DNA of 60,226 nucleotides, the filler included, from Catajapyx aquilonaris (taxonomy: Eukaryota), in NCBI GenBank assembly GCA_000934665.2. It is 2 parts of 2 records of this genome, joined end to end, with 100 filler letters (N's around TTAATTAATTAA, not from the genome) between each part and the next. Parts side by side here need not be neighbours in the genome. Positions count along the whole stretch, not along the records: positions 1 to 30,038 come from JYFJ02004704.1; 1 more part is not named here. One strand, 5' to 3'. Shown in pieces: positions 1 to 12,500 of the stretch. A program made the translations under genes and the position numbers. How positions within the stretch are numbered: the stretch's first letter is position 1; each line of letters opens with the position of its first letter. Below the pieces are notes generated by a model that saw nothing but the letters and a program-made list of their open reading frames with translations, did no database searches and had not been told where the DNA came from.

Positions 1-511
1 CCCCCCCCCTTTCACTTCTTTATACTGTCATTCTGCTGCATAACGGTGTTGTCGTCCCCTATTCGCCTCCCAATTAGCCAAATTCGCCGTGATGTCACCC
101 CACTGCCCATATACAGAGCGAAACCGGGTGACGTCACCAGTTGCACTACCAGATGCAAGACTGACATCACCGCAATTTTCCGGCACTTCCTCGGATGATT
201 TCCTCAAATGATTTCACCTGTACAAAATGATTTCACCTGTACAGTCACCCTACGCTCCAGGCATGCCATCGCATGTTTTTATTCTCCGGATGCTTATGTT
301 ATGACAATACCGGCAGTTGTGTAATAGATCCGTGAGTGCGATAAATGGTTTGCATAAACTGATGTACCTATATAGTCTTACGACTCGATCATTGGAACAA
401 TCCACCTGGTTTGTCACCACATAGCTATGAGCTCGTCTCCAATTAGTTTCAGTTTGGAACGGTGTTTCTGTTCCAAATGCATAGAGAAAGGTATAGTGAA
501 CCAGAACAAAC

Positions 512-3500
512 CAGTGTGCGTCCTCTGATGAGCCTTGAGATGGGAGCTCTTGGTGTAGACTTTTTTACACCCGGGGAATTGGCACTTGTGGATCCGTCGA
601 CGGGCCTCCGGGTCGGGCGACGCTCCAGACGAAGACGACGAGGACGATGAGGAAGAGGACGATGACGACGACCGTCCCCCCGCAGTCCCTTGCGCCGCTC
701 GCCCTGCCCCTGGGCCGCCCCTGGCCGAGTTGGCGGCGGTGAGCAGCAGCCTGGCCACTCCCCCTTCACGGGCTGCAACCCGCAGAAGAGCGCCTCCACC
801 GCCCGTCGCCGTCACTCGCACCACCCCTCCGCCTTCCGCCGTCACCCGCGCCACCCTACCACCCGCCGCCTGACAAATAAAAGAGCACATGTTACCACCC
901 GTCGCATAGTTGACACCTCGTAGCATGCGTCCTACCTTGATGTTTCCAGTCCTGGCGACGAGCCTCAGGGCCAACGGAGTCGGTTTGGTTCGTCGCACTT
1001 GGTTCGGCGGCGTCGTCGGTGGGGTGGTGGGCGGCGACGTGTCCAGGGGGTCGCTGGCGTCGCTCAGACAGCTGTCCCACGACGACGACGACCCCAAACT
1101 GACCGAGTCCAGCCCCAGCAGCCTCTCTTCCACCTCATGCTCGTCCTCCTCCTCGTCCTCCACGTCCAGGGGCTCCTCCTTCACCCTCACAAGCCTCATT
1201 CTCCTCCTCCTGAGGAACAACATCGCGCTTAGCCAGCACGTCCACCTGCATCGTCGCTTCTTCAACTCACCTTCGCTTTTGTTGTCGACGCCTGAACTCC
1301 TCGTCTTCATCGTCCTCCTCATCCTCCTCATCCTCCTCCTCATCATCTTCGTCTTCTTCATCCTCCTCTTCCTCGTCTTCTTCGTCCGGGTTGCCAGAAG
1401 ACACTCCGGAGGAAGGGAACAACGTCCAAGGGGGCTCAGGCGACTTCCTACCGTTCCTGTTGCTCACTTCACTGTCTCCCTTCAGGTACCGCTCCAGTTC
1501 GTAACAAGTCTGCAACCAAGAGATGTCACATTAGTTCGGATGATCATCCTGGACATCATCTGTCCAGTAACAGTGCATACACACCACTACACACTTCAGC
1601 ATGTATAATAAGTCGCATTCACACACAAAATTCGCAAACGCGTTTCTGTACCAAAAAAAGGAACCCCCAAGGTCCACCTGATGATCTGATTCTACCCCCT
1701 CGTTTATAACGCGTTGTTGAAGCCACCTACCCAATAATAACTCAACTCCCCAGCCTAAGGGGGATTAAAAACAGTACAGTGTATCAGCTCTTGCTCCAAC
1801 TCGCCCGTTGTTAATTTTCCTAGAAACGTCCGGTACATTCAATTAGGTGGGTTCCTTGATTAAATTACGAACGGCAACCATGCGGGTAATCATGTACTCG
1901 GCACGAATTGCTGAACACTGCAGACCTACCTCTAACCTCCACGATTTCCAGCTCATTTTTAATCTGCGGCTCACCTACCCGAGAATATAACCTAGGGTAG
2001 ATGTCCGCCTATGCAGGCCATCCAAAGGTGGATCCAGAAATTGAATGGTCGCAATCTCCTCCACAGCACCTTTCTTTTCATGGATACGCCCTGAGATGTG
2101 CTGCGTCATCTCTCTACGAAGCACGTTCCTACTTTTTGGATATCTGATCCCCCCACTTCTAGGACCGAATAGTAAGTGTATAGCGGCGATGGCGTGATGT
2201 CAGGCCATTAAACAATCTAAGAGCAGGCTGGAACAGGCATCTACAATATTTGTTTTCTCCCGAGCATGGCATTATCCCGTCGACTATGGCAGGTACGGCT
2301 CAGATTACCCCTGAAAGGCGTCAGCAGGTGAGGCAAGAGTGGCGAATTGGTTACCTAAGTGTCAGAATGTACAAGCAGCACTGATGGAGTGCATTTTGGA
2401 GTATTCAGCGGAAAGCGGGGAGCCGTTAAAATTAGCAACATTCCACTATATGCTTCGGAATATTTCGGAAACATCACTGGATAACACTTCAGGAAGTAAA
2501 CTGACTTCAGCGAGTTAATATTATCACCTATCAGCTGCGGTTTATCGCCGTATCTTATTCGCAAGTTAACTGTGCAAGTAATAGTACTACATGGCATAGT
2601 ACTTTCCCTCTCTCCCATTCACGAGCTGCTGGGGTAGTCGATAGACCTTGGAGGATAACCCTGCAATGATCAGCGCGTACACTATTAATAGAAGTTCAGC
2701 CGCAATGGGGGTTAGAATTTCATGTAGTCAAATAAAATCATCGTCACCAGCATAAGCTTACTTGCATCCCGAAAGAGAGAAGCCTAAATGTTCAATGGTT
2801 TTTCCCCCCTGATTCCACTTCCCAACTCTCCAAAGTGGGCATGGCCAGAAATGATTAACTATCTTTATTACACGGAAAGATTGTCATGGACTATAGTTGG
2901 CATAATTATATTGCATTGTACTGACTGGAAGCCTTTTTGAATTAATGCCGATTATTCGTCATTTTAGCAACACTTCACAAAACCAATTCTCTACCAGTCG
3001 TTAATTTTAACCACCGTTGTTTCTTAGGCGTATGCAGGATGGTCTGATCGATCATGTTGGGGGAGGACTGTCATGATCGAATTGGTTACCTCCAAGTACG
3101 TATGCATGAAGCTAAAACAGCTTCAACCCACTGCTAATTAAGCCCCCAGCCTGGTAGTGATGACGTCATAAAAGCTAAGACTGGTCACTTTTTCATGTGG
3201 TCAGTGTTACATGTCCCAAGGGTTTAAAAATACCACTTCATGACACCTCCTTCCACAAACCTTGCTACAAAATAAGATTCTAGCATAATTAGTATGCAGA
3301 GCACCTCTGGTTTCCCCTTCTGTACAGTGCAATGCATGAAAGCACACGTATAATGTATTAAAAATTGCGGAGAGCAAATTAGAAGGCTCAAGTAGGGCTT
3401 TGCATAATACCGTACATGTATACAAAATTATGTCAGCGAAACTAAATACATTAGCATTCGCATTGTATTTTTTATGTCACATGGTCCTGCGAAAACCTTC

Positions 3501-6500
3501 CAAGTAAGCCTAACTATATGAATTCGCTTATATACGGTATCCAAATAAAGCTTTATAAGGATTGAATATAACAAAAAATCAAATGGTATAGCCAAGCATT
3601 GCGTATATTCACTTCACGCGGCATAAAATAATGCACCGTACTGTATATCCTGATAAACCAATTTCCGCATTGGCAATTTCTATTTAAGAAATACAAGGTG
3701 GCCCAAAAGTTCTGTTACAAATTTCAAAAGCATGTAGTGATGCGATGGTGCAGGACTACATAATTATTACAGCATTGATAGTAGAAGATCCTACCACCAG
3801 TACACTCGTTGGCCCAATACAAGTAGTATGTAATTGGGACCAACCTGTAACGAGATAGACGGCCAGACACACTGGCTTGCCTCTAGACACGCGCAACAAC
3901 CCACATTGAACCTAAGTGGGCAGGATACAATATAATTATGCGGTACTGGCTGCTTTAGAAGAGACGACGATTTTTGCCAGATCGCCACTGACATGCAGTG
4001 ACCACCTGCATGGCAACAATCCTAAGCTGCACTAATTTTTCGAATTTACCTTATGGAAAATACTTTGTCGTGTCATTTATTAATAGACGGCCCCTCTCTT
4101 CGCGTCATTCGCATTGTCATGGTCAATCCCGTTTAGGTGTTCTGAGCCCGTGGTGCGTGGGAGTGTGACCACGTCCTTTCCAAGAACACATACACCTATA
4201 ATCCTTATACTCATGAACTTCAACAGCAGGAAATAACCGCTGCTGTCGACTCAAATTAAGGAAAACCCCTGATTATATACGAAGAGTATTCTACTAAACG
4301 GAAAAATTTTCTCGTGCAACTGGGCCTCATTCCGACAATTTCCCAATTCCGTACTTTCTCCCTTGGTCCCAACTTGACTTCCAACAAATCCAACATGACC
4401 GCAGGGCAGCACCGCACTCGGCAGTTCATTACGCACTGTACATCATGGGCCTACACGCCTACAGCCAGGATCGCACACATTAGTTTTAATATATGTATAC
4501 CATTTCGAGCTCTGAATGAGGGCGTGGTCTTCGCCGGAGTAAATGGTAATGAAGGCACACTATACTCTGCAGTACATTCCGGCTAATACATGCACCGGCT
4601 TACATTATGCATTCTAGTCAAGTCGGATTCTATAAATGAATAATATAGGCTTGGGCACAAAATGCACTCCGGACGTTGGCCATGATTCACCTGACAAGAA
4701 TTACAAGAAAAGTTCTGAAAAAAAAATATTGCGTGACAGTCTTTTTCCCAGCACCTACGCAATACCCTCTTTACAAATGACCGCAATTTACCCATCACCC
4801 GATTACAACTTGCAAGCGCCAAATTAATAACGGATCCTCCGCGGAATTGCCAGGGTTCACGCCATCGGTGTCTGTGCACCCGAGGTCATTGCCAATGCTG
4901 ACCTCCGGTGGCCCCTTCTTCCTTATCGCCTTCCTTTTGTCTCCTCCGAACCTGAGACTTCGCTCCGATTGTTCTCGTCTTTCCGCTTTCCAAATGACAC
5001 ACACGTGTCACCTGCCCCACTGGCAATGCTACACGACACTTAGCTTTCGTTATCGCCTGTATTAACCAGTTTGCAAATCAGCTCTCACTTGAGTCACGAA
5101 TTCGCGATGCCTACTCACATAACCTTACATTGAGTCACCTTTTGTTACAAAATCGCGGTATGACTAAACACGAGGTTTGCATTATTTACTGAGGACTCTT
5201 CCGGCCACTTGGCGCATATTGGCACGAACGTGCCAAAAATCGCGCGTGTGAATAACTTTTTGCAAATTCTGCTGATTTAAATCAAAAAGAGGGGGGGCGC
5301 CTGATGGAATTGCTAAACCCGAAGCATGTCAGGGCCAGGCACGTGTTTTAAATGCCAACGGTCTCCCCCCCTTGCATACATCCAGCAGATACGCGACATC
5401 AAAAACATACCTGTACTATCGAAAAGAAATAACAGGCTGAAGAGACATTTCGCAACAAAGGCAGCAAAACTTTTTTTTCTCCCCCAATTTGGACTAAAAA
5501 CTCCCACACATGAATGCAGCAATGTGCATATTGCGTATTCCTCCTCCGCCTCCAACCTCCCGTCCCCCTACGAAATAATGGGTAAACCGTGTGCAATCGC
5601 ATTTAAACTCCAGCGCCAGAAACATCTGCGATTCGATTTCCGAACGCTGCCCAATCGATCCGACTTCGAAATAAGATGCATTTACAGGCAACACCATACC
5701 GGTACTCGCGTAATCCAGTGGATTACACATTTTCAATTTCAGCCCCCCTCCCCCTCCCCACTCTCCCTTTCCACCTTAAAAGGGCTTCCACATACTGTAA
5801 AAGGCCTTGGAGGCACATATATGTTGTTTCCAAGCCTGCAGAGACTGAATGAGCTAAATTTAGCTCAGCAGCCCGGCCATTCACCAACCTCCATCCTACT
5901 GCCGCGAGGGGGGTGGGAGGTGGGGGAGGTAAAAACGGAGGGGAGAAAATCTAACCCCCCCNCCCCCCCCCATCCAACCAGAGCTACCCCATCCTACATA
6001 TCGATCTAGGCCGACGCTGCCGACGCTCTCACTAGTTCGGCTCCGGGTCGACAACCTTGCACATGCCCGCCCTTTATTTCCAACCCTAGCCCGGCGACTT
6101 TATTTCAAGCACTGCACCTGCGCCGAAACCACCTGCGCGGTGATCCCTCCCTGACATTAGGAAGCTCCGTGCTCCTTACCTACCTATCCGCACCCTGTCA
6201 TAATTCGCATTGGACTTGTCGCACACCGGCGCCGATTGAAACCGATACTCTGCAGCACATGTCGCCATCTGGCACCCTCCGATCGATATGAATTTCAAGC
6301 TGGACGTGTGGCCGGTACATGCAGCAGCTCCCGGGCTCTTAAGGGGTCGGTTCGCACCTGGGGGCCGCACAAAAGGAGGATAACCGGGAGTCATTACGGG
6401 AGATAAGCAGTTAATAAAGTGCGATAGCTAGTCCTCATTTGGCACCACTCATCCCCACTCTGCTCCTTTTACCGGGGTTTTTGTATCATTATCGCACCCC

Positions 6501-9500
6501 CCACAAACGCGCATTATTATTTATCGCATGTGGATATCTAGTGGCCTTGAGCTATCCCACGTTACACATACCCAAAGTTTTCCCTTTTCTAGACCAACGC
6601 ACCAGATTCTACTTCCATTTTTTTGAAGGGCTAAGTCGATGTACGTAGGTCCCACTTCCCAACACCTTCACCTGAGAACTAGCTCATTTAAACAATTTGC
6701 TTCCACTTGTTTCAAACGTCAACGCGGTTGGGCCTTCACAGGTATTCGCAGGAACAAAAGCTCCAACAATACACTGGATGAAATCCAGATAAATTTAAAA
6801 GTAAAATAAGCCAATATAGTTATTGATGCACCGCATCAACCGCGGATAAACTTGGTGTTCCGTTCCAGTGCATCAAGTTTACAGAATGGCCTGCAATTCC
6901 CCACATTATGGCGCCAATTTCGAACCTGTCCTAGGGTACCAGACCAGCATATTGCTTTTATTATAAATAGCGCTCATTATACCAGTTGGAACTGGCAGTA
7001 AAAATAGGGGGGGGGTTTGATGTGGGGAAAACGGAAGGAATGGCAGCCGGGGGGTCGTAGCCCTCGTACACAGAATCCGTATGTTTACCACTCCTTCCTT
7101 GAAAACCCTTATTTTATTGCCAATTCAAACAGTTATTATATAATCAAGCAGCAGGAAACTAGATGGATTCACTATACATGTCCCACAACTTGGCTCACGG
7201 GAAAGGAAAGGCAGTAAAACTTAAATAGGCCACAGTCGTGAGCAAAACCCTCACAAACACACATGTCACAGGTATTAGAAACTCTGCCCCCGACCATGCA
7301 TCACCCTTCCTCCCCCTATCCGCATCCCCAAGTAGCAAAGGGCACCCATAAGTTGTGACACCCCCTGTCAACGCGCCAACTCCAAAAAAACGCTCGCAAC
7401 TTGACAAACCGGGAAAACCGCAAACCTGTCACGCACCCTTGCTGGAAACCACCATGACAATACTACCAAAAATCGCTTTAAAAATAACCCACGCCTGATC
7501 GACTGTTCCCTGTCCATTTTCGATCCATTCACCTAATTTGATTCGATATCAACGCGTCAGTAGGGAATGACAGATGCAATCTGGGAAGGCAGTTCTGTAC
7601 GGGTTGTTGGAACCCAGTGGGGGTAGGGAGGGCAAATGGATGGTGATCGATTGGTGCCATGTCCACCCAAGTCTGGCAACACCGCCGTGGCGCCTCAAGA
7701 AGACTACGGGCCGCCGACGCCATTGATCCAACATCTCCAGACTTCTCCAAAAAATTCCACCCCCCCAACTCCCCATCTAGCTCAAAGCCACGTGACTTGC
7801 CCCCGTAAACGACCCCGGCATTCCCTAAACTTAATTGAAAAAAAATATCGCCTAAGACATAGCCTCCGTGAATCATCCGGGATGTTCCTAGAACCCCCTA
7901 TCGTGACGTCACCCCCACCACATTTGATATGCACTATCCTTCACGCACCCACACTCATGCACATCCTGATGCACGCGCTTAAAGGGACTGTTTAGTGTTT
8001 ACAGTCTCCGCATACATTCTGCAACCGGTTGCATAATGCCAATGAGAAATCGGTTCCAGATTCAAGGCAGCGTAACGGCACGGCTATTATTAGCGCCGGC
8101 GTCACTTTCCGATGCTAACAGTGGGGGTGAGATTCTCACATAAGGTCGCCAGATATTGTCACGCATGTCATGCCACGGAGTGACGACTAATCCCCGTTCC
8201 CATGCATAAAACGCGCGGAAATTCGGGTCTCCAAAGTCAAATGCAGACCCGGATTGAATCAAGGGGCTTAGGCCATATAATGCAGCCAGCCAGAGGACCA
8301 GCGATGGTCACCCCCACCGCCATACGCACTATTGCTGCCCGCCAAGTGACCTTTCGGTTCAGGCGTGAGAATAGTGTGCATGTGTGTTATGATGACATCA
8401 GCACCTAAAGAATGCATACTAAGAATGCTCTACCTCGTAGGGGCTGGTGGGGAGAGGAGAGGACCGGGGAGGGATGGGGGAGCCCTTGGGGGCACAATCG
8501 TGTTGCGGAGATCCTTCGCGGAAATAAACGACGGGGATAAAAATGCAAACAGCGTGGCAAAAGTGCGATGGCAAAACGAGGTCGTCGCAAATGATGAGTC
8601 CGTCCAGCGGCAGAAACCCGTTCCCCGAGCCTTTTCTCCTACGCTTAGCATGTACAGTCACGTGCCATTTTTCCAGCCATTTACTCAACTCTCACCCTGG
8701 CCAAATATTCGTTATGCCAACTCGCAAATGCAATCGTTTCGCAATGTTTTCAATTACACGGAGAGGAGGAGGTCGTTTCACCCGACAATTTTGTAACAGG
8801 TGCCAAACGGCTCCTGCGAATAATAACAAGTGTAAATAATAAGTGTGGCAGCGGGGTAATTATTATTCCTACTGAATGGCAGAAGCTAATAACCTGGCAG
8901 TGAATGCTACTGTAAATGATGAAAAAGAAAAATGCCTCTAGTTATTATTATCCGGAATAATCTGTGCTGGTCCCACTTCTGTAAGCACATGGTCCATTCA
9001 AAACATTCGCCCCTGGCTATCGTGCGGGGACCTATTGAAAAGCCTCAGGGTAAACACACAATACAGTATACACTACGAAGTACAGTCGTTGTCGCTGTTC
9101 CAACAGTTCCGCGTGGAATCCAGTTCCATTGAAACTAACCTTCGCAACCCTCAATCCTGACAAAAACAAGCTGATAAAGAAAGCCATTCCCAGGAATATA
9201 ATAGGTCATATCACATTTCATAGACAATGGGAGAGTGACACATCCAATACTTCCAGTAACATATTCCGCCACATTCTGCTTGTTGCCCCTTTTTGTGTTC
9301 TTGTAACTGAATACTTCCTGCAAAACGCTGCACAAATAGACATTCCGCCCGAGAAAAAGATCGGCCTGTCTACCAGCCCTGTTTGCCAATATGCTAAACA
9401 AACCTCCGCAAAAACTTGCGCCGACATTTGCAACCAACACGTTAAGTTTCCCAGTTGAACTCAAGCGCACTATGCAAACGCTAACTCCATTTGCGCTGGC

Positions 9501-12500
9501 ATCCAACTTTTCATTCCTATTCAATTTTCCGCCTTTGACTACCCCCCCCCCCCCCCCCCCCCCCCCCCCCNCCTCCGCCCAGCCTATTTGAGCCCCCAGA
9601 ACCATTCACCGTCAAATAATGTTGGCAGATTCGTAACATTGGAAGTCAACACAATGCCATTTGGCGGAAAGTACATGTATACCATTTCATATGCTGTGCG
9701 TGCCCCACAAAAGACTCCGTATATATGTCTGAATATATTACTAACCGGAAAACGCATTGTGCACGTTGCAATTGCAGGTGGCGCGCGTGTTGCCACATCG
9801 CCCTCTACCCCAGGCGTCCCCATACTACAGTCCCGGTAGCCCCCCCTAACAGACAGCATTCCCGCACTAAAGTTAGTCCCCTTTTCCCTCTACTTCCTTC
9901 CTTCCTTCCCTTCTGGACAACATCACATGTGTCTCGCGCTCTTCTGGCCCAAGATTAGCCTTCCAGAAATAGGTCCCCCCCCCCTCTCTCTTTCCCTCCC
10001 TTCTCATGCCCTCCATCCACAGACTGCTCTTCCGCCATCTGCATTCATACGTATCCTCACCTTACGCACGCTCCAAGGCTAACTTCACAGTACCCAAATC
10101 GCTTGCTAAAAATACGGGTTCGGCGTGTACTCTGGCGCGTACGGAAGGGTCTAACCACCCCCCCCCCCCCCCTACCTCTTATATTTATTATATGAGCCTT
10201 TTCTTGTTGGGGGTGTGTGGGGGATTCCCAAGAGTGCGTGAGTTCCATTTCCCAGGCATCCTGGACATCGATCTCAGGCCTTACAGATATGTGACTCACC
10301 ATTCTCACGCACCTGCGTTTTTTTTATTATTTCCCCCTACAGTGTGTTTTTGCCCTTTTCGCTTTTTTTTATAGGGTGGAAGAGGGGGCGGGGGAGTTGG
10401 TCCACCTTCCAGCACGATTCTACTGCATCCTTGGAAATAATACCGCTTGTCACTCAGCCGTATTCAGGAACAATTAACCCGTACAAGGTTGATCTCTCGA
10501 CGATATGGATTTTTCCACCTGACTTTTGCTTATGGTCAAAAAGGCATGCGACGTGACAGAGTTCCTCAACACGCTTGGCATGTCTCAGAACCACTTTTCA
10601 TTTTAGCTGGGTTATATTTACCAGTGTTGTACCATTTCGCCTTTTCGACCCCCCAAAAAGGTGAAGCATTTCGACCTACTCTGTTGAACTGCCCTTCACT
10701 CGGGTACCCTCGCAGTCTGACCCCAGTTTCCGGCTTCTGTGCTTGATTTGGGAAACGGCCAAAGGTTAGGTTCTGTCCAGTCACAGCTGTTAATTGATAT
10801 GTGATGCGAAGCTAGTATCATTTTACTGTCGTTCTGAGCAAAAATGTAGTTACGGCTTTTTGCTAAGAACCGACACCTGTCCAAATCAGCGACAGTACCA
10901 CAATTGAGCAAAACTGCCAGCCCGGTCATCCAACCCTTTGATTATCAAGGCACGCTAGTTATCCCTACACGTTGCGTTATTAGCAGGCGAAGGTATTCTA
11001 TGTATGGCCGACACGTGGACCTGCAACCTGAGTGGGGGAGGTATGGGGGAAGAACAAACAAACACTTTAACAACCTGCATACCGGCACAGAGAAATCAGG
11101 GTCTCCCCCCCTGTTACGAACATCCCTCTAACCAGCCTCCTTATGAATATATGTATTAAATTTTTTCGCCGGACACCAATCGCCACCTCTCTTCCTGGTG
11201 CAGCAAAAACGTGGCACGGCAATGTTTTCGCATGCCGAAGGAATGCGATTCCGACGCAAGTACCGCCGGTACGAAGGCCGAAGAATATTGGTTAAGGAAC
11301 GGAAATGTGGCAACAGGAAGCCGCAATCAGGAGTTGCAAGCGCCGTTGCCACGTCTCCTCTCAACCACTAGGCCAGCATAGAGCTAGTTACACCCCCCCC
11401 CCCCCCNCCCCCCACCATCTCTACCCCCACTCCCCACCATCCCCTTCACCACCCACCGACGCCGATCGAACAGTGGGAGCGACGCCCCAGACGCCAGCCT
11501 TGGAAATAGTCTCCAACTATAGCAGGCCCTGACCTAGCATAACTCATTCTACAAATATCAAATCGTTCTAAAGAAAAATATGCGGGCTTGGTATGCCAAT
11601 ACTTTATTCCCACGGTTCATTCCAGATCGCGTGTTTACATACGATATTTGCATTTTTTCAGGTGTGTGGATCGGTTGGGGTTGTTTCCTCTTCCTGCTCA
11701 TTAGCCCATTTACACCTCGGGTTATAACATTTCGGGGGTTCCTATTGACTGCATCGGTGTCCCATGCCTCGAGGACAGGAAAGCCCCGGCCCATTAATAG
11801 AGTGAAACCTGACCTCCGGGTTGACCCCCGCGGGGCACCTGTCCCACTAATCCAAAAGATAGAAAAACCCCACTAAACCCTCCCCTCGAAAAACCATTAG
11901 CGCTTATCCGAATATCCCGAAAAGAGGAAGTAAATACGGTTGGGGGCCAACCCCAGCTTTTTGGACATGGTTTTTTTGTAACGCCCGTGCACATTTTGGA
12001 CGTCCAACACGCCAGTTCGGCACGCACCACTATTTTTAGTCCGGGGCAAGGGCATCTCTAGTTCACTATCCGCATTTTGCAAAAACCCCACTGTCCAAAC
12101 ACTAGCACACAAGCCATGCTTGCACATCCAACAAATTCGATCACGCCACAAATACTGGCTTATTTTCACGCTAAAAAAATTAACTCGCAATACATTAAAA
12201 AAAATAGACAAAGATGGCGGTCGGGGTACAGCGGAAGTGAAAAGGGCGGGCATTGGGGCGGAAATCCCCTTTCACCTAAATTAAAGCTCCTCGCTTGCCA
12301 GATGACCCCATCCGAGTCTCAACACCTAAAAAAAACTGACTCCATAAAAAAAACGCATCGCAAGACACCGCAAAAACTCGCAACAACATTCTGTTATTGT
12401 CCCCTAGCTATTGTTTTTCCCTCGTTGCAAACGTCACGCCCATTGCAGTTTCCCACAGGGTGACCCCGACCGACTGAAAAACCTGAAAACACCTGCGACA

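Noticed and set aside
910..1608. 232-aa plus-strand ORF with a hydrophobic stretch
   Set aside because: It is the antisense shadow of the acidic and Ser-rich low-complexity KLF exons.
5326..6009. 227-aa ORF in the KLF intron
   Set aside because: No recognisable domain, low-complexity C-rich end, and no supporting splice structure.
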